Part shown: positions 13,382 through 27,492 of the stretch, piece after piece
Layout: every line of letters starts with the position of its first letter
Numbering within the stretch: the first letter of the stretch is position 1
Assembly (NCBI GenBank): GCA_951406725.2
Contig: OX597831.1
Location: forward strand, 68,820,001-68,884,000
Source: Octopus vulgaris
Lineage: Eukaryota
Direction of reading: 5' to 3'
DNA: 64,000 nucleotides
Notes under the pieces: model-generated
Databases searched by the model: none
The model's input: the letters and a program-made list of their open reading frames with translations, nothing else
What the model was told of the DNA's origin: nothing
Position numbers and translations under genes: made by a program

Positions 13382-14134
13382 TTTGTATAACAAATTTAGA
13401 TTATTAGTCTCATTGTCCATGTTAGATGACAAATGCAACTGTATATTACTTAAAGAACATTATTGTGTGTAAATCTGCCATGTTTTAACATTCACCTGCA
13501 ACCTTAACTTGAATTAAGTTCACCACTGACATATGTGTTTGAATGAGATGGTTGGAGTTCCTAAAGCTCTATTGATACACTCTGATATTTCTTTTGCAAG
13601 ATTGATTATTGTGTGTAAGGCAGCAGGGGATGTGAAGGTTATCTTTTGCAGAAATATCTATTTCATATCCATTTCATAGAAATTATGACAAATACATTTT
13701 TGTTTCTGTTTGCTTTTGCTAAATTCACATACAGTATAAGATGCTCAGTCAGTACTGAACATCATTTAGCCTTGATGCACTCTGAAGATAATTTCTCTCT
13801 GAAAATAAGTTTTTTGTTGAGCGCTTTCATCTCAAGATTTTTTATTACTGTATCTTTATACTTAGAACAGCTGTTAAGTTAGACAGTTTAGATTTTAATC
13901 AACAGCTAACATAAGTAGCCATTATTACATATTGTAAAGTCTATCCAAACACTTGTTTTTCCAAGCAAATACATCGTGGATAAAGGAGGGCTACAAGAAA
14001 GAAAAGTAAGAAAGAGATTGATAAAGACATCATCAACCAAAAATATTAAAGAAAGACAATGATTGAGGGAAAAAAGTAAAAACGGAAAAGACAAAGGGGT
14101 AACAGTTAAAGAATCTGAAAGTGAATGAAAGCAA

Positions 14135-14440
14135 TTGAAAAAAGGATTGTTGCAACGCTAAGGTTAATGAGATTTTGCAATAGAATACAAATTTTTCCAA
14201 CTCATTTATATGAATACATGATTGGAGTCAATAGTATTCCAGAAGGTGAGCATTACGGAAGGTATGTTTTTGTACAAAGAATTAAACTGTGACCTTCTGA
14301 AGCCACTCAGTCATTTACATCTATGTGCTTGCAGGTTGCAATTTGAACTGGCTTTTGCAACGACAGTCAGGAAAATCAAATGTCGTTGTATGTAACTGAA
14401 CTATTTGCACATGAACGGTTGTAGGAAGCTGTGTCAGAAA
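14135..14440 (+). mobile_element. Highly decayed Helitron PIF1-helicase C-terminal fragment
   Basis: Conceptual translation GRYVFVQRIKL..LAFATTV..LFAHERL resembles VFIPRI..LAFAxTINK..FSHGQLYVA. Confidence 0.5.
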
Positions 14441-14455
14441 TGATACAGGGTGGTG

Positions 14456-14813
14456 CAGGATAGCTGTGAGAAGAGCCTAGAAAGTTGGGCGCTTGAGACA
14501 AGAAGACACTTTCGACCAATCAGAATTCTGTTTACGTAATCAGTTTGATCGGTCAGCTTCCTCTGTCGGTTGAGTAAAGTGTCATCCAAGCTGATGTTTA
14601 TTGGTAATTAAAACTTAATTTGCAACACCTGTGTGTATTTATCAGCCTTGTTTTTGTTGATAATTCTGATCAACAACTTTTCCTGTGATTGTGATTTGAG
14701 AAGACATACAGCTGTATGCTAAAGATTGGATATAATCTCTTGTGGGCAAGAAATGTAAAATTAAGTTTATTATAAACGACATAAACACTTTGTAATTTAA
14801 TAGCTTTTAATGT
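14456..14813 (+). repeat. About 355-bp segment duplicated at 16557-16909
   Basis: Near-identical direct repeat 2.1 kb apart. Confidence 0.95.
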
Positions 14814-15086
14814 CAATGTCAAGAAAAGCCGTCAGTATTATGTGCACTGAGGTTTCCATAATTTAAAACTTGCTTGATCACTTTATATGATCTGTTTATA
14901 TAATTTAGATAAATTCATATATTCAAATATATGTTTTAGAACTTGTCCTATTTTGTCCTATTTTTTAATCATCAACAAGTGTACTCTGCCAAGACAGAGC
15001 ACACTTTTGTACATTACACGAGGTTCATACATCAATCAGTAGAGAATATTTAATTTGTGCACTTATTGCTTATATAGTAATGATAT

Positions 15087-15499
15087 ACTCTTACTCTTTA
15101 CTCTTTTACATGTTTCAGTCATTTGACTGCAGCCATGCTGGAGCACCACCTTTAGTCGAGCAAATCGACCCCGGGACTTATTCTTTGTAAGCCCAGTACT
15201 TATTCTATCGGTCTCTTTTGCCAAACCGCTAAGTGACGGGGACGTAAACACACCAGCATCGGTTGTCAAGCAATGCTAGGGGTACAAACACAGACACACA
15301 AACATACATACATATACATATATATACATATATACGACAGGCTTCTTTCAGTTTCCGTCTACCAAATCCACTCACAAGGCATTGGTCGGCCCGGGGCTAT
15401 AGCAGAAGACACTTGCCCAAGATGCCACGCAGTGGGACTGAACCTGGAACCATGTGGTTGGTTAGCAAGCTACTTACCACACAGCCACTCCTGCGCCTA
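15087..15499 (-). mobile_element. SINE family A, full length
   Basis: Same head, body and tail as 1838-2251. Confidence 0.9.
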
Positions 15500-15863
15500 T
15501 GTATTGTTATATAAAGTGAAGTCACATTATGATTTCAGGTTTTGTTTAAAATGGAATCAGGATTTAGAGAGATAAGGTCCATCCATTCAAGAATTAGTTA
15601 CAATGTGATTTGGGGTTTAGAGTATTTATTGTCAAAAGGAAGAAATTAATTGAAAGAGAGGAATTCTAAGTTTCTGTTTGGTGGACATTTGATGTTTAGA
15701 TGTTCATTGATAAAGGTCATTTTGCATCATTACTTACATATCTAAGTGTGTAGATGTGTCTGCACATGTGTGCACATATGTATGTACAGGTAAACGTATG
15801 TTTATGTACTGATATGTGTGCCTGTTCAAGTTGTATATATGACCGCTACTCTGTCGAAGGTTG

Positions 15864-15887
15864 TATATATATATATATATATATATA

Positions 15888-15952
<65 letters not shown>
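15864..15952. repeat. (TA)n microsatellite
   Basis: Nearly pure TA run. Confidence 0.95.
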
Positions 15953-15955
<3 letters not shown>

Positions 15956-16164
15956 CCTTTCACTATCTAACAGGGAATAGATACAATGTCTTAGATACAT
16001 ACATGTAAATATAAACCTTCCTATACATATGTACAAGCACACACAATCATATACACATGTACACACACACACATATATATGTATAATTTTACAGTATACA
16101 CATATATGTGACTGTTTTCACAGAAAAAGGTTAAACTCAAATACTTCTTTTTGTATTTTACAAA

Positions 16165-16199
<35 letters not shown>

Positions 16200-16556
16200 C
16201 ATAATGGAGAAAGCTGCTTATTAATTAGGTGTGTAGCAGTTACTAAAAGTACTAAAAGAAAGCATTTATTAAAGGGTTGACCATCGGGAAATATTTTTAT
16301 AAATTCATGTTCTAAAAAATTTCCTATAATTTCGATTTCTCACGTTTCTTGAATTTTTTTGAATTCAATTTCTCACAAATTTAAATATTCATTGCATTCA
16401 CTGCGGAGTATTCCATTCTTATTTGCAAAGTCTCTCACTTTCTCTTTTAAGTTTTAATTCGCTATTTGGAAAACCGACAGTTTATTCTATTAATGTATAC
16501 ATAATTTATTATTTATTGGATAAAAATTTTTAAAATACCCATATAATTTTTGAATA

Positions 16557-16909
16557 CAGGATAGCTGTGAGACGAGCCTAGAAAGTTGGGCGCTTGAGAC
16601 AAGAAGACACTTTCGACCAATCAGAATTCTGTTTACGTAATCAGTTTGATCGGTCAGCTTCCTCTGTCGGTTGAGTAAAGTGTCATCCAAGCTGATGTTT
16701 ATTGGTAATTAAAACTTAATTTGCAACACCTGTGCATGTTTATCAGCCTTGTTTTTGTTGATAATTCTGATCAACAACTTTTCCTATGATCATGATTTGA
16801 GAAGACATACAGCAGTATGCTAAAGATCCGACATAATCACTTGAGGGCAAGAAATGTAAAATAAAGTTTAAACAACATAAACACTTTGTAATTTAATAGC
16901 TTTTAATGT
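16557..16909 (+). repeat. Second copy of the 355-bp segment
   Basis: Matches 14456-14813. Confidence 0.95.
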
Positions 16910-17559
16910 GATACATGTTAAACAGAAATTAATTTAATTTAATGAAAATTTAATAAAATCTAATCATAATTAAGTGAAATTATGCTAAGTACAACTAAAT
17001 TGAAAACTTTTCCCCCTGGCCAAATTGGCAGTTCTGAAAATTTTTAGTGCAAATTTTATGTGAGTAAAAGCTTTTTTTAAACAAGTTTTATCCTGAAAAT
17101 CACCTGCGTAAATTACACAGTTGCACAAATTACATGGGTTTTTACAGTAATCTTCCTTAATAAACTCTTACCCAATTTTTAGTCTGTATGGTTCCAAATG
17201 AAAACTTATTCTTGTATTTAGCCTCTTAATCAAAATAGCATATTTAATTCAAAGAATTTCAAAATCTCATAAGCAAATTTAAATCACTTTGCAATAATAG
17301 TCACTGCAACCCGCCCCTTTTTAGTGGGAGCAGGTGGAGATGGGGATGGGGGATTATGATAATGCTTTTTAACAAAACAAGGTTATTCATTGCATGCTGG
17401 TGAGGAAATTATCGGTTTTTCTCATAGGGACAACTGGTTCTAATCCATGGATTAAGATTAGAAGCAGTAGAATCTGGATAGACAAATACCTACAAAGAAT
17501 TCAGAACATCACCATCATCATCGTTTAACATCCGTTTTCCCTGCTAGCACAGTTTTCCA

Positions 17560-18935
17560 AACAAAGTTTATACTTGCAGGGTCACGGTTAGTACTAGAAA
17601 ACAACTACTTCTTCTTTGACAACCATATTACCTGCAATACCAGGCACAGCAATGGTTACAAAAGTCGTATCAACGTTTACAACACTAGTAATGGTGTATC
17701 TGGAAGAAAAAATTCTATACCTTATCTAGAATTACTTTTGATCATCATTTCCAAACCCCTTTAGAAGGGAACTGGAAAAGATTCTTGGATTACTGCTTCA
17801 TATTTTGAGACAAAAGTAAGGAGGACCTTCCAAGATTCTTTAAATTAATAAGCAACATGTATGACTCAATCCAATTCACTATGGAAATGATTGAAAAGGA
17901 ACTCTTTTTCTGGACATGCTAATAATTAGAGAAAGTGAGACAGCTACAGCCATTCTCTATGGCAAGGACACAGACACACCCAATATTTATATTTTAGATC
18001 TTGCCACCCTGCCTATACAAAAAGAAACATACCATTCAATGTATCAAGACATATAGTTCAATAGTTACAAATACCAAGAGACAAGAGAAACGACTGGTAG
18101 AAGTAAATATGTTCCTTCAAAAAACAGAAATACTCTAAAAAGCTTTTAAATCATTCCATAACCCAAGGAAATGAAATCTCAGTCTGTAACCTTTCAGAGA
18201 AACACTCATGATAAGAGTGAAAATAAAAAACAAAATATAGATATTCCATTTATAGACACCCAAAATCCTAGAAACCACAACATATACATTCAGCCAAACA
18301 ATACTTCCCAATTCTACATCAATCATCAAATTTCTGACAAATTTAGAAATCACAAATCATCAACAGCCAAAGACAACCTCCAAATTTCAAGTTACTTCTA
18401 AGAAAGGCTTAATTCATATCAGAGAAAGGAATAATACAAGTAACAAACTGTGGAGATTCTCGTTGAGGGACATGTGAAATAATTGAGCAAAAAGCAGCCA
18501 GAAGATTCAAGAATGGGAAGGAATTGAAAATGAATGCAAACATAAATTTCAAAACAAAATTTCTCATCTACTGCATCACATGCCCACACTGCAATAAGAA
18601 TCACTTTGAAGAAATCGGGACAAAACTAATCAGTCATTTAAACGTGCATAAACAACAAATGAAAGATTCATCTCTTAGAAATGTTCCAAGTAGGAAACAT
18701 ATAGACACTTGTGCAAATGAAAAATTGAGATATTTCCTTCTTATGAAATAGAAGACAAAAACGGTTAACTATGATAGGCAAAAGAAGAATAGCTTATGAA
18801 AATTCTAAATTCGAAACTAAACTGGAAATAGTCAAAAATTTGAAATATTCCCTTTTACAAAACAGAATATGAAAATGATCATCTACAAGAATACTTTACG
18901 AAAATTCTAAATCCAAAACCGAACTGGAAATAGTT
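17560..18935 (+). mobile_element. Penelope-like retroelement remnant (RT + GIY-YIG endonuclease)
   Basis: LENNYF, GTAMVTKV..FTTLVMVYLEEK, IQFTME, FLDMLI, SCHPAYTKRNIPF and LIYCITCPHCNK..HKQQ..HIDTC (ORF 18524-18751); ORF end duplicated at about 18798 and 18900. Confidence 0.85.
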
Positions 18936-19114
18936 AATACCATTACAAAAAACAACTTCCTCTATATGCATTAGCCTGGAATGCATTTGTTTGGAAAGTT
19001 CAAAAACATTGGCCTTAAATACTCACTATACACTATCTTTTTCCACAAAGGTTAGGGACATTCTGTTATAAAAGAAATTTTTTTTAAATAGTTAACATCG
19101 TTAAAAATAATCAC

Positions 19115-19148
<34 letters not shown>

Positions 19149-19151
<3 letters not shown>

Positions 19152-19380
19152 GGAGTAAACACATAAATGTGAAACAAGGTGGAAAAAAGAGTACTCAAAT
19201 ACCAGTGGTAGAGTAATATGCTTTATTTAAAGCAGCAGAAAATTCAACAAAACCTGTTACTCTGAGTTTCACGTTCCCGTTCATCGGACAGTTTTTTCTA
19301 GCAAAAACTGTCCGATGAACGGGAACGTGAAACTCAGAGTAACAGGTTTTGTTGAATTTTCTGCTGCTTTAAATAAAGTA
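19149..19380. mobile_element. Short fold-back element inside (TA)n, with a 158-bp loopless palindrome
   Basis: 19221-19378 is self-complementary around CTAG (19298-19301) with one mismatch; (TA)n on both sides. Confidence 0.9.
19308..19345 (+). ncRNA. Type I hammerhead motif with U4C core variant (mirror copy on the minus strand at 19254-19291)
   Basis: CTGT-CCGATGA-ACG GGAA CGT-GAAA-CTC A GAG-TA-ACAG. Confidence 0.7.
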
Positions 19381-21795
19381 TATATATATATATATATATA
19401 TATATAATCATCATCATTTTTTCAAATCATTCAACACATGCTAGCATATTACTATATTCATATATACATGAAATCATACTCCTTTGTAAAGATTTTATTT
19501 ATATTTTTATTTTTGTTGTTGTTGATATCTGAAGCACTTTATTTTCTCTTCTGTTATCCATATTTCCATGAGACATGTGAAGATAATCAATATAGCAAAT
19601 CTTAATGTTTATAAAAAAACCAAGTTTGAGATGAAAATCTGGCTAAAGAAGAAAGAAACAGAAGTAGAGAGCAAATACTTCCAGAAATAACTACAAATAC
19701 ACGAGATTATATGAATACACAATATTTTACAGCATATATGGATAAAACAGGAAGACATTTGAATGTCTCTATATCACAAATACATATATTTATACAGAAA
19801 TTCTTATTTAGTAGCACTAAATTTTGAGATCAGTCTAGTTATCTTGCAGTTTTGCTTTTTGTCAGCCAGAGAAGTTGAGCAAGTATGCATTTAATCAGTA
19901 AACCAACAAAAGAGAATTATTAACCATTACTCTTACATGCCCTTTTCAAACGGGTGAGATTAATGTTGTATATCTCTGGGGCAACGTCTGCATGGTAAAT
20001 ACGAATAAGAAAATATTAGAAGGCTGTAACTCTGACAATAGATGATAGGGGTAAAAGCGTGGGGTCTGTGATACAGTTAAAATGATCAAAGGGAAAGAAG
20101 ATGATTTATTGGGTGGTTTGAGGTGGCGAAATAGCTACACATTCTTTTATCTGGGCCCACACGAGCTTTGACTACTTAATCACAACAGAAGAGAGAAAAA
20201 AATCAGTGGGATAGTTAGTAGTGAATGCTAGTAAATCAGCTCGATGGCTTTCCTTTGAAAGCAATCCAAGATATTTGTGTATATAGCAGCTGTAGAATAC
20301 CAGGCATGTTAATTAGATTCTGAAAGATGGAGGCTTGTTTGAGCTTTGGAGAGGTTTACTATTGATCAGTACTGAAATAATTTTTTACCCATGAATATGA
20401 AAGCTAGGTTTTTTTTATTATGCGGTTTTTGGAAATGTTATATATGTGATGTTGAAGTTGTAATGCTTATACTATCATTCCATTTTCATTTCATATTCAA
20501 GTGTTTGTGCATTGGCTTAAATATAGATATGCACTACTCTACACTCATTTACATAATGTGAGCATTACTTTGTCTGAGTGTATATAGTTTATTTTACTAT
20601 GATGTTTTTGAAATGAAAAGTGGAAAAAGTAACATCTTATTAACAACAATCCTGCTTGAAAATACACTTATTTATTGTTTCCAGACATGCCACAACTAAT
20701 ATCATATCCCCTAATCGGCCAATTTTTCTTTCTTATAATATAAAATATAAGTAGCTCTATAAATCTGAATAGTTCTGTAGCAGATTTACAAATAATCATT
20801 TACCCTGTTATGAAACTAGCTTTGCAGCACTTGCATGATCTACCAAACATCACAATTCGTGTTGCTAATTGACAAAATACACAATCATAACTATATTTAT
20901 ATGTTTACCTGCAGGGTATAGAATCTTTATCTATAAATCTGTGGATGATATTACAGCTCACTTTTCTCTCTCTCAGCATTTAGGCTTTTAAAAATTTTCA
21001 CTCGAAACTTATTTGAATGCAAGTAGTTTACGTTTGATACTCATATCTCTCTTTGCTAATGCTGTGCAATCTTTTGCATAACGAAGTATGGGAATGTAAT
21101 AAAAGTTTTCAAAGTATTAGAAATAGCAGAAAGCACTAAAGCACAAATACATCAAGATAAATAATGATGAGGTAAATAAATATAAACAAATTTAGACTGT
21201 ATCATGGAAAATGTAATGCAATGAGGAATAATGTATTTTGAAAACTAAATAACTATTTAAAGATGAAATTGCTGTAATTGGTGTGGATTTGAAATAATGT
21301 AGACTGAGGGTTTATTGGTTGCTATTATATTTATTTTCCCATGTTTCCAAAAGAGGAGATATATTTCCTGAAACAGTTGTTTCTACAGGTGAATGATTAC
21401 TTAAAACTGTGAAACAGGTATGGAACCTAATTTTTATACATTTAATCAAACTGAAGCAAGCAGAGTTAATTTCCAGCTTCAGGTATAAAACATATATATG
21501 ACTCTGTTTTCTTGCTATTATGCAAGAACATTTCATGCCCATGTAGTCAGTAGTCCATTTTAATGCCATGGCCACAAAGTTTGAAGAATTTTCCATAGCT
21601 GTTTCACTGCTGTTTTAAACAAAACACTTTGTTGGATAATGTTTCAGTTCATATCGATGTAGAAAATAGAAACTAAAAGTTCTGGCAAATTTAGCTACAA
21701 TAAATTTTATACTTATTTCTCATGTGCTTATTACTATGTAGGCTTAAGTTAGTAGTCCAATAGTTCTTATAGATTTTTGAGATTTGTGAATAAGT

Positions 21796-21942
21796 TACTT
21801 AGCGGTTCGGCAAAAGAGACCGATAGAATAAGTACTGGGCTTACAAAAGAATAAGTCCCGGGGTCGAGTTGCTCGATTAAAGGCGGTGCTCCAGCATGGC
21901 CGCAGTCAAATGATTGAAACAAGTAAAAGAGTAAAAGAGTAA
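21796..21942 (+). mobile_element. SINE family A 3' fragment
   Basis: 3' body and (TAAAAGAG) tail. Confidence 0.85.
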
Positions 21943-22359
21943 GTTTATAATTTGTCGTTGCTTTCATAATGTGAGACACTATTGGCTATTGACAGTGTGT
22001 TATTTATTGTGTGGTCAGAAAGGAAACGAAATACTCATGATCATTTACATGGCTAGTGAGACAGGTGGGAGGGAGAGGGGAAAGTGTCCTCAAACCAGTG
22101 ACCAGATTCCAAATGCTTGCAAACAGTGTGAAGTTTACTAAAGATGCCCAATGACCAGGTGGTGTGGTGTCCTGAGAGTATTTGATCTCAGAACATAAAG
22201 AGCCAGAACAAATTTTGCCAGGTATCCTTTTAGATACTTTAATGATTTTATCAGTCTCCTGTTCTAGACTGCTACGTTATTGAATGTGGAGTCATTGACA
22301 AAATTGACCTTGGTGACATTTGTACTTAGAATGCAAGGATAAATAAAAGGCATTTTGTC

Positions 22360-22721
22360 TCAAAATCGAAATCGACCAACATCAATGGAAATTGTAGCTG
22401 TGATACCAGTGCCGGTGGCACATAAGAGAACCATCCGAACGTGGCCGTTGCCAGCACTGCCCTGACTGACCTCCATGCCAGTAGCACGTAAAAAGCACCA
22501 TCCGATCGTGGCCGTCTGCCAGCCTCGTCTGGCACCTGTGCCGGTGGCACATAAAAAGCACCCACTACACTCACGGAGTGGTTGGTGTTAGGAAGGACAT
22601 CCAGCCATAGAAATATTGCCAGATCCGACTGGGCCTGGTACAGCCTTCTGGCTTCTCAGACCCCAGTTGAACCGTCCAACCCATGCTAGCATGGAAAGCG
22701 GACGCTAAACGATGATGATGA
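22360..22721 (+). mobile_element. SINE family B
   Basis: Matches about 10525-11008; (GAT)n tail. Confidence 0.85.
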
Positions 22722-23388
22722 TTAATTCGCTGCCCAAATATTACTGTTTACATTATAACATCATAATAATCTGGATGTTTATAATGTTATAACATATGAG
22801 AGTTTATAATGTTATGCTGTTACTGTTTGTAAAGTTACTGTTTACAATATGACCAGTTGACCAAGTCAAACAAACATTATGAGATCTTTATCAAACCCCT
22901 GCCCTTCTTTTTACAAATTATTCATTTGCGAGTGAAAGTATATTTTAAAGGTGTATAAAAATTTTTTCTTCTGAACCTGAAATTTAATATCAATAAAACT
23001 GATATTTTCATAAACAAAACTTGTGCAAAGAAAGGATGAAATGTAAGATATAAAATTGAATCTTCCATCATTATTCAATAAAATGTTGGGGGAGGGGATT
23101 AGTTCAAATTAAATTCTTATATTTTCTGAATTGTAATTCAAGTTTAAATAACAATTTCATTACATAAAATATCACTCAGTCTCCCCTGTCAAACTGACGT
23201 ATATTTATAAAATCATATCAATTTTATGAATTTTAAATTTCAAATCCAAAAAGGAAACATGGGGTAAAATGAAAAATATAGAAACAAGTCTTAGGTTGAT
23301 GTGTTCATATCTATAATGGAAACACAGCCACCACAGTCCCAAAATGTAAACTAAAACTACTTTTAACCCATTATAATTCCTACAAATA

Positions 23389-23713
23389 GGAGCACTCTGT
23401 CGGTTACAATGATGAAGGTCCCAACTGATACGATCGACGGAACAGCCTGCTTGTGAAGTTAACATGCAAGTAGCTGAGCAATCCACAGACACGGGTACCC
23501 CTAATGCAGTTCTCAGGGAGATTCAGTGTGACACAGAGTGTGACAAGGCTGGCCCTTTGAAATACAGGTACAACTCATTTTTGCCAGCTGAGTGGACTAG
23601 AGCAATGTGAAATAAAGTGTCTTGCTCAAGGACACAACACATCACCGGGAATTGAACTCACAATCTTACAATCGTGAGTCAAATGCCCTAACCACTAAGC
23701 TATGTGCCTTCAC
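23389..23713 (-). mobile_element. tRNA-derived SINE family D with TSD
   Basis: Head TAGCTTAGTGGTT..GAGTTCAATTCC, TGTGTCCTTGAGCAAGACACTT motif; TSD CCTACAAATA at 23379-23388 and 23714-23723. Confidence 0.85.
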
Positions 23714-26173
23714 CCTACAAATAATAGTAAATTGTCATGTTGGTCTCAGTTAAATGGAAGTAACACTGGTTTTTTACTTGCTTTCCACAACTGTCTTGTA
23801 GGTTCCATTCTATTATTTTCACTCTGCTTCCTTTACAGGCTGAATAATTAGGCCATGAGATATATAGAATTTGCACCTTGAACTATCTTTAGTGACTTAA
23901 GATTAATACTATTGAATTTCTTTCTTAAAGTTTTATGTATTTAATATAATGTGTGTAACATTGGCAGTAAATTAAATCTAAAATACAACCAAAATAGAGA
24001 ATATAAAAAAATTGGACTCTAGATGAAATCCTGAAATTCATGGTTGAATGAAGTAAATAAAAATGGTGATGTGATTTGTTACATTAATTCCTTAAGTCAT
24101 TCTTGAACATTTCAGTTCCATAAAAGTAGGATATTTGCTGTGATTTATGCTTTTGAACATAAAAGAAAATATATTAAGAAGACTTAGTCAGGAATCAACT
24201 TATATAATATTTTTCCAAAACTAATAGAATTATTTTCTAAAGAATCAATGGAGCAAGGTTGAGAAAAAGAAATGTAGTGAGAAAGAGAAACATAATTGGT
24301 TTGAGCAAAGACAGCTGAAAAGAATGGGAAGTATATATTCTGCTACATTTTTGCTCTTTGGTAATGCTTTTACAGGTTCCTCAATTGATTTTACTTAAAA
24401 AGCTGAACTTCTCTATTATGAAAATGACAAATGTCTTCTCATAAAGCATTTCCAGAAATATGTTTAGTAAATTTAATTTTCAGGAAATGCTAAAATGGGT
24501 ACCATCACTCTAAGAATTCTGATGTCTACCCTGCAATCAGATTACCGAAAGTACAAAAGTTTTAACAGCTGCACTATCATCATGTATATTTCTTTCTTTC
24601 TGTTTGTAATAGAATATCCCATCTTATTGTCAGTGTTCCACTGTAGACCATCATCATCATGCCAATGCACAGGTCTCTATATGGATGTCTGAGTTGCTAG
24701 AAGTTGCAGCTAAATCACCGTCAAATTACATCCAGCCCTCTTAAATGGTAAAGCAAACATTAGATATTGTTACTTATACTTTGCCTAAAAATGACACCCA
24801 AGGTATTAGGCAACGAAATTACAGGTTCTGATTTCAAACCTACTCCTCATATTTATTGTATTTCTGAGTGAGATACATTAATCTAGATGACATAGCAGGC
24901 AAAAGTACGTATCAAATAAACTGTGTGTAGTTGGCTGGCTTCTTATCCAATGGGATTTCAGCCATTTCACTCAATGCTCATCAAAGATTAACCCACCTGC
25001 ACCATGGTTGTGGTTTTCCAAGAATTGCAGATGTGACATCTATTTTCTTGGTAGAATGGGAATTGGTAAACCTCACAGATCCATGTGACTATCAGTTTAC
25101 AAAACACCCAAGAACACCAACCATTTCCACATCTATTTACCATGAATCACTTCCACCTTTTTTTAACCATCACACTTCCCCCACACTCTTGCAATCTTTG
25201 CTCTTCCTAGTTCTTCTGTCACCACTCTTTCTTCTAAACTAAAAATGGATCAGTCAGAATAAAGATACATCATCAGTGCTTCTAGTGTTATTTAAGTGTT
25301 GTTTTGAGTAATTTTGTTCACCTTTTTCAACCATGAAGCAACTGAACACTTGCAATGAAGACGAAATGTTTAGGTTGTTTATGACTGACAATGTACTGTA
25401 AATTCTAAATTATTTTGTTATAAAAGAGGTAAAAATCAAGACTATTCTGATTATGATATAATTCTCATCTTGCCATTGTGCAAAGCGTTATTATTGTCTT
25501 TGTGCAATGAATTGTCAGAAAGGATAGCACCAAACTAAATGGTGTTTATTGTTTAATCATTCTTTACTTTGAAGTGAGATGCTGTTAGGTTGCACACAGA
25601 CCCACCAGAAACTGGTGAAGGTAAAATTATTACTAGAAGTATGTTGAAATTGATTCTATTTACAGCACCTTTTCCTTGAAAAAAAAATTACACCTGTATC
25701 TAGTCAAAGAAAACTTATTGGAAAGTACATTGAAGATCAACTGTACACCATACTGCTTCATGGGAAAAGAAGACTTAAAACTACTACTACTACTACTACT
25801 ACCACTACTATTGAAAAGAATTGTATTTTTTACAGAAAATCTAATTAGTATAGGATATAAAGTAGGAAGTTTGAATTTATATCTTACAAATTTTAGTAAC
25901 CATTTGTTATGTAAAAAAAGAAAGAGATGAAGAAGCGATATAAATCATAACAATAGCAAAAATGCTATTAATTGAGAATTGTATCCAGTGATTTGTGGAT
26001 GTTTGTATTTATTAAGATTAGTCTATTTCATTTTAACTCTTAATATCTCACCTGTATAATATTCAGAAATGACATAAGGCACAGTAAAATCCTTTTTTTT
26101 TTTTGTGAAACCTGATCCGTCATCAAAAAATATAGTCAGTCCTGAAGTATTATATTATATAGAATATAATATA

Positions 26174-26478
26174 CTAGCAGTATCACCCGGCGTTGTTCGG
26201 GTTTGTAAGGGAAATAACTATATAAGCATTTTTAAAGAGTTACTTCCCTTATATAAACCGAGCAAAAAATGCATTAAAAATGCGGAAAAATGATGGTAAT
26301 TTTTTTTTTAAATCGCAGACTCATCGTAGATGCGCGCTAATACCCAGAAGGGCTCGATATGAATCACAACTATAAGATACCCACTTTTGGTTAAACTGCA
26401 CCGCAAAATGTGGGAGTTGTTAGGAATCTAAATCGGAGTAGACAGACACACACACAACTTCAGTTTTAGATATAAAGA
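26174..26478 (-). mobile_element. Non-autonomous Helitron
   Basis: 5' TC, 3' GC-rich hairpin-like CCCGAACAACGCCGGG then CTAG, inserted between A and T, no TSD. Confidence 0.85.
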
Positions 26479-27247
26479 TATACTTATATTATAATATAAT
26501 ATAAGTATTATATTATATAGAATATAATATATATACTTATATTATAATATAATATAAGTATTATATTATATATAATATAATATATATTATATTATATTCA
26601 GAAATAACATAAGGCACAGTAAAATCCTTTCTTTTATGAGACCTGATCTGTCATCAGAAAATATAGTCAGTCCTGAAGTAAATGTGGAAAGAACAAATAT
26701 TCTAGATGAGTGGCGTGGTCTCTGAATAGTTTAGGTTCAATGTGTAGACATTTTCTAATTTCAGTGCTAGCAGCATCTTACTGGACCATTGTGTAGAATT
26801 TGGTTTAGATGTTTGAAAGACAGTGTTCTTGGATGTTTTGTAAACTGATAGTCATGTGGAGCTGATCCAAATTGACTCTTTGTATGATTTACTGTCAATG
26901 TATTGTTGAACTAACTTAGTTTTGGAATTCTGTAAGATTGCCAGTTAGCTTACTGATAGCTTTACATTGTTATTAACATGTTATCAATAATGTATTGTAG
27001 CCGTGACTCCACTGACTGCTTGTACTTGATTCCTCGTCATTATCATCATCAACTTCAATAAATGTTAACATCATTAACAAAGTGTCAGGATCAATTAGTC
27101 TCAAAGGAGAAAACACATAACTCTCAGAATACATTTATGGTATTCCTAGTTGGATTGGCAGAAGTGACAGAGTGTTGGAAAAAATGCCCTGTAATATTTG
27201 TTTTGGTGCTTCACATTTGGGGTTTAAATCTTGCTTTCAACCCTAAG

Positions 27248-27279
<32 letters not shown>

Positions 27280-27492
27280 TTAACGTCCGTTTTCCATGCT
27301 AGCATGGGTTGGACGGTTCAACTGGGGTCTGGGAAGCCAGAAGGCTGTGCCAGGCCCAGTCTGATCTGGCAGTGTTTCTACGGCTGGATGCCCTTCCTAA
27401 CGCCAACCGCTCCATGAGTGTAGTGGGTGCTTTTTACGTGCCACCGGCACAGGTGCCAGGCGAGGCTGGCAAACGGCCACTATCGGATGGTA
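27248..27492 (-). mobile_element. SINE family B
   Basis: (CAT)n tail and family B body. Confidence 0.85.

Noticed and set aside
15263-15575. Recurrent ORFs (MSSNARGTNTDTQ.., MLGGQTQTHKH..) as a multigene family
   Set aside because: Antisense readings of SINE family A.
21312-21596. 94-aa ORF as a host exon
   Set aside because: No recognisable domain or consistent splice context.
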